Source: Candidatus Humimicrobiia bacterium
Lineage (GTDB): Bacteria; Actinomycetota; Humimicrobiia; JAHJRV01
Reading direction: 5' to 3'
Assembly (NCBI GenBank): GCA_049647085.1
Contig: JBARXA010000016.1
Location: 310,593-374,592, forward strand
Length of the DNA stretch: 64,000 nt
Shown: positions 60,701-64,000 of the stretch, piece by piece
Layout: every line of letters starts with the position of its first letter
How positions within the stretch are numbered: position 1 is the first letter of the stretch
Made by a program: the position numbers and the translations under genes
The notes under the pieces: generated by a model
Database searches by the model: none
The model's input: only the letters and a program-made list of their open reading frames with translations
Told to the model about the DNA's origin: nothing

Positions 60701-61241
60701 TTTCCAAATAAAAATTCTCTTTACCAAAGATCTCACAAAACTTTGAAGCAGATTCAATTGCTTCATTAATTCTATCTTCTAAAATCAACCTCGGAATATT
60801 ACCTGAAATACAACCAGATAGAGCAATAAGTCCTGAACTATGCTCATTTAGGAGTTCGTAATCAATTCTAGGTTTGTAATAATATCCTTCAAAATAACTC
60901 TTGGTAATAAGCTTCATCAGGTTTTTATAACCTTGGATATCTTTAGCTAAAAGAGTTAGATGATTAGACTTTTCCTCTCTTTTAGATTTATTAAATCTGG
61001 AATTTATTGCAACATAAAATTCACATCCAATTATAGGTTTAATATTTACCTCTTTTGCTAAGTTATAAAATTCTATAGCACCATACATGTTGCCATGGTC
61101 AGTTATAGCTACCGAGTGCATATTAAACTCTTTGGCTTTTGAAATTAAATTCGGTATCTTTATTGCTCCATCCAGTAAAGAGAATTCTGTATGAGTATGA
61201 AGATGAATAAAATCTGGAATATTTTTTGCCAATTTAAGCAC
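57780..61241 (-). CDS. dnaE: DNA polymerase III subunit alpha
   Basis: 1153 aa; N-terminal PHP domain (HLHTHTEFSLLDG), polymerase core, OB fold. Confidence 0.95.
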   Translation of the reverse strand: MLKLAKNIPDFIHLHTHTEFSLLDGAIKIPNLISKAKEFNMHSVAITDHGNMYGAIEFYNLAKEVNIKPIIGCEFYVAINSRFNKSKREEKSNHLTLLAKDIQGYKNLMKLITKSYFEGYYYKPRIDYELLNEHSSGLIALSGCISGNIPRLILEDRINEAIESASKFCEIFGKENFYLEIQDQGLEEQKILNPKLIKMSEKLNIPLVATNDAHYLNKENHTAHDVLLCIQTRTTLDDKERLRFSTPEFYFKSKEEMFDIFKDIPEVLKNSIEISEKCNLEIPLNLDLLPAYKVPENYNLDSYLEEICREGFNKRYSDPTDEIKDRLERELIVIKDMGYSGYFLIVWDFVNYAKRSGIRVGPGRGSAAGSIVSYCLGITDIDPIEYGLLFERFLNPHRKSLPDIDIDFCYERRNEVIDYVVSKYGRNKVAQLITFGTMAARAATRDAGRVFGVPYGKVDKVAKMIPVGIGITIDKSINTVPELRDFYQKDEEVKKILDTAMALEGLSRQDSIHAAGVVISDEDLTEYTPLQRKGNGEVVTQYKMDDVQRIGLLKMDFLGLKTLTLIDKTLEIIKHTNEIEINLNEIDLQDKKTFSMISHGETIGIFQLESSGMRNLMIDLQPNCIEDLIALLALYRPGPLQSGMVKDFVEAKKGKTKIRYSHPSLESILDTTYGIIVYQEQVMEIASKMANFTMAEADILRGAISKKKRRVLSKQRDKFLDGALKNGINRGAAQKIFDLLLLFAEYGFNKSHSAAYALISYQTAYLKANFPVVFMAALLTVRMEDQEKVARYVNECRRLGIKILPPDVNESFSNFTVVGNKIRFGLSAVKNVGDNVIQNIVSNRKDKGKFKSFVDFCSMVDPVVLNKKTLESLIKAGAFDSLGLTRQSLIKNYKRIVSHVLTIRSNKEIGQFSLFDADTTLKDALITALPEKRTEFSRKKLLAYEKEMLGLYVSDHPLIGYEHQLDKYSDCQISEIKKFTDKSLIKIAGVVSKIKRITTKKGEIMLFLTLEDISNSIEVIIFPSVLKKFHEFLIEDVIIGIKGRVDIKEDQAKLIASEIEEIELKHKKPASKKVKPNLVIELDLNSINDHFLHRLRRILLNNPGPSNVIIKLKSDKSLKTFKLGSSLSVTQSEEFLDEINNFLGEKGTVKMES

Positions 61242-61392
61242 CTTTTAGAAAATAAATTAAAAGTCTCACTTTTTAATTTAGTGAAGTTATAAGTTATTAA
61301 AAATTAAATTACATTTAAGAATTAAATTAGTACAATATTGTCTTAATAATAACACAATAAAAAAAGCATTTATTAGAATTTTAAATATACAC

Positions 61393-61488
61393 CCTCCCCC
61401 TACCCCCTCCCATAAAGGGAGGGGAATCATAAGAGAAGTTCTCATTACCCCTCATATAAAGGGAGGGGAATCATAAGAGAAGTTCTCC
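61393..61488 (+). repeat. GC-rich hairpin/G4-motif repeat, copy 2, followed by a tandem partial duplication
   Basis: CCCTCCCCCTACCCCCTCCCATAAAGGGAGGGGAAT, then a roughly 45-nt unit (TAAAGGGAGGGGAATCATAAGAGAAGTTCTC...) repeated about twice. Confidence 0.8.
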
Positions 61489-61627
61489 TTACCTCTCCTA
61501 TAAAGACATTCTATATCAAATGAAAAATAAGTATTAAACTGTTAAAAAATAAAAATATTTGAGTCATACCTTGAAAATTTAATAAGAGAGGAATTGAGTA
61601 AAAATATAAATTTTTTTTAAATCTTAT

Positions 61628-62509
61628 TTATCGGGTGTACATTTTGCAAAAATTTATACTTCTTTTAAGTCGATCTTTAACTCTTCTTTTACTCCAAATG
61701 TTAAGTGCTATAGGAGAAATTTCTAAAGTTAGAAAATTGTTATAACTATTTTTTAAAATAAATTTTAAAAATTCTTTTAGTGGTATTTTTCCAATATAAG
61801 GTGGTTCATGTTTCCTTCTTTTAGTGTTGCTTATATGGATATTTATTACTCTGGATTTAAGAATATTAAAGCTATCTTCAATATTATAGCTTTTTAATCC
61901 ATGATGAGTTGTATCGAAAGTGATGAATAAATTGTGTTTCAAAACATAGTTTATTAGAACCTTTGGATCAGTAAAATGTCTCTTTCCCAAATTAACTCTT
62001 CTATCTAAAACAGTTTCAACTGTAATTAATGGTTCTAAATTGCTTTCTCTAAATTGTTTATTTAAATTTTTACTTTCATTTTTTATTTTTTCAAATTTAC
62101 TTAATTTGTAAAATGATCCCTGCTTAATCTTCGAGATAGCTTCAAGAAACTGTTTTGAATAATTATCCCACCATGGATATGAATTATCAGACCTTAGAAA
62201 AATAGGTAAATGAATAGTTACTAATTTACATCGTAGCTGACTTGCAATATTAAAGGTTAATTCTAAAGTTTTCTTAACTCCAAGTTTCCAATAAATCATA
62301 AAAAGAGGTTGGTGAACTGTATAGACTGGCAAATTATAATGATTTATAAGATTATTAAGTTTAAGAATATTTTTTTCTATATCCCCTTTTAAGCAGTTGT
62401 TATCTATAACCAACTCTAATCCATCAAATCCCACATCCTTTGCTATAGAGAAAACTTCTTTATGTGAATATGGATATAAAGAAGCTGTCGATAGTAGAAT
62501 TTTTAACAT
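61628..62509 (-). CDS. sugar phosphate isomerase/epimerase (xylose-isomerase-like TIM barrel)
   Basis: 293 aa; family assignment from overall sequence pattern, low specificity. Confidence 0.55.
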   Translation of the reverse strand: MLKILLSTASLYPYSHKEVFSIAKDVGFDGLELVIDNNCLKGDIEKNILKLNNLINHYNLPVYTVHQPLFMIYWKLGVKKTLELTFNIASQLRCKLVTIHLPIFLRSDNSYPWWDNYSKQFLEAISKIKQGSFYKLSKFEKIKNESKNLNKQFRESNLEPLITVETVLDRRVNLGKRHFTDPKVLINYVLKHNLFITFDTTHHGLKSYNIEDSFNILKSRVINIHISNTKRRKHEPPYIGKIPLKEFLKFILKNSYNNFLTLEISPIALNIWSKRRVKDRLKRSINFCKMYTR

Positions 62510-62597
62510 AATTATTAATCTATTTTAATTTAAATTTAATATTTTAAAATCTAAGAGTTCTAATAGATTTGTGGCATGGTTTCGAAGACATTTCAAA

Positions 62598-62635
62598 CCC
62601 TCCCCCTACCCCCTCCCATAAAGGGAGGGGAATTG
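62598..62635 (+). repeat. GC-rich hairpin/G4-motif repeat, copy 3
   Basis: CCCTCCCCCTACCCCCTCCCATAAAGGGAGGGGAATTG, identical to the reverse complement of 21533-21570. Confidence 0.8.
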
Positions 62636-62680
62636 AGTGAAACGAAGAGAGAAACTATGCCCAAATCTTCCAAAAGTTAT

Positions 62681-64000
62681 TTATTTCAGTTTTTTCTTTA
62701 ATAATTCATTAACTAATTTAGGATTTGCTTTACCTTTTGTTTTTTTCATAACCTGACCTACAAGAAAGGTAAAGACCTGCATTTTTCCTGATAAATATTG
62801 TGTAACAATTTCTGGATTCTCTTTTAAAACCTGCTCAATGATATCTGTTAATTTATCAATATCACTTATTTGCTTAAGCCCCTTTTGTTTCACGATTTCT
62901 TCTGGCATCTTTCCTGTTTTAAACATTTCTTCAAAAATAGATTTAGCGATTTTACCACTAATTTTTCCTGCTTCTATCATTTTTAACATCCCAATTAAGT
63001 GATTTGGACTTATCTTACAATTCTCTATCTTAATTTGCTTCTGATTTAGTAAATATAAAAGATCTCTTATAATCCAATTACTAATTATTTTTGGATATGA
63101 GTAAATTTTTACGCAGGATTCAAAGAAGTCAGCCATGCTTTTGGTTGAAGTTATAATTTCTACATCATTATCAGAGATATCGTACTGCTTCTTAATTCTA
63201 TCAGCTCTAATAGATGGAAGTTCAGGAACTGTCTTTTTTATTTCATCTACCCATTCTCTGCTTATTTCTATTGGAACCAGATCAGGCTCTGGAAAATACC
63301 TATAATCCTGTGCTTCTTCTTTTATTCTCATTGGTTTCGTGGTCATTGTTTGTGAATCAAAATGCCTTGTCTCTAAGTGAAGTTTTTTACCTTTAGATAG
63401 AATTTCCCTCTGTCTTTTAATTTCATAACTCAATCCTTTTTCTAAAAATTTAAATGAATTGAGATTTTTGAGTTCTGTTCTTGCTTCTGAATATTTGTCT
63501 TCAATTTTTCTTACTGAAATATTAGTATCAATTCTAAATTTACCTTCTTCCATATTGCAATCACTTACTTCAAGATATTCAAGTATCTTTTTTAGAAGCA
63601 TTACATAAGCTCTTGCCTGTGTTACATTTTTTATGTCAGGAGCAGAAACAATTTCTAAAAGTGGGATCCCACATCTATTAAAATCAAGTCCACTTCCGGT
63701 TGCTTCACTTATTCTACCGGTCTCGCCAAAATGTAATAACTTAGCTGTATCTTCCTCCATATGAACTCTACTTATTCCTATCCTTTTTACTTTACCATTT
63801 AATTTGATATCAAGATATCCATTTAAACCTACCGGTAAGTCATATTGTGATATTTGATATCCTTTTGGTAAATCAGGATAAAAATAGTTCTTACGATGAA
63901 ATTGAGTAAAATTAGCAATTTCACAATTCAGAGCTAATGCTACTTTTATTGTATAATCAACTGCTTTTTTGTTTATAACTGGAAGTGTTCCTGGATGACC
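62681..64000 (-). CDS. gatB: aspartyl/glutamyl-tRNA(Asn/Gln) amidotransferase subunit B; 5' end beyond the window
   Basis: The track ORF (62681-63760) starts at an internal Met; the frame stays open to the window edge and encodes the conserved GatB N-terminal region (GHPGTLPVINKKAV...RKNYFYPDLPKGYQISQ). Confidence 0.88.
   Translation of the reverse strand, partial: GHPGTLPVINKKAVDYTIKVALALNCEIANFTQFHRKNYFYPDLPKGYQISQYDLPVGLNGYLDIKLNGKVKRIGISRVHMEEDTAKLLHFGETGRISEATGSGLDFNRCGIPLLEIVSAPDIKNVTQARAYVMLLKKILEYLEVSDCNMEEGKFRIDTNISVRKIEDKYSEARTELKNLNSFKFLEKGLSYEIKRQREILSKGKKLHLETRHFDSQTMTTKPMRIKEEAQDYRYFPEPDLVPIEISREWVDEIKKTVPELPSIRADRIKKQYDISDNDVEIITSTKSMADFFESCVKIYSYPKIISNWIIRDLLYLLNQKQIKIENCKISPNHLIGMLKMIEAGKISGKIAKSIFEEMFKTGKMPEEIVKQKGLKQISDIDKLTDIIEQVLKENPEIVTQYLSGKMQVFTFLVGQVMKKTKGKANPKLVNELLKKKLK

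Overview
64-kb chromosomal window from a low-GC bacterium (roughly 30% GC, judged by eye), probably an anaerobic amino-acid/peptide fermenter. All identifications are from reading the sequence and the supplied ORF translations against remembered family motifs; no database search, RNA covariance model or folding program was run, and hand-counted coordinates for non-CDS features may be off by 1-2 nt. The window is gene-dense and almost entirely housekeeping, with about 50 of 53 genes on the minus strand: argF, pheS-pheT, rplT-rpmI-infC, thrS, lysine 5,6-aminomutase kamDE, an ECF transporter module, ald, a peptide ABC transporter with two binding proteins, secG, tpiA-pgk-gap, whiA, rapZ, uvrB-uvrA-uvrC, coaE, rpsA, polA, dnaE and partial gatB, plus four tRNAs. 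I found no rRNA, CRISPR array, transposase, integrase or recognisable defence system. The features not explained by gene content are two dispersed repeat families: a GC-rich 38-nt hairpin/G-quadruplex-motif element in three intergenic leaders, and a GTCATTGCGAG...GCAATCTC family that forms a MITE-like element with 12-bp terminal inverted repeats and has one copy in-frame inside a glycosyltransferase gene. Other candidates are a T-box-like motif with terminator ahead of pheS, a non-AUG (AUU) start for infC, an RNase HII-like gene with a large insertion, and a metallophosphoesterase plus nucleotidyltransferase-like gene pair inside a repeat-flanked 5-kb segment. I cannot support a claim of a defined novel system; the repeat families and the repeat-flanked segment are the best leads.
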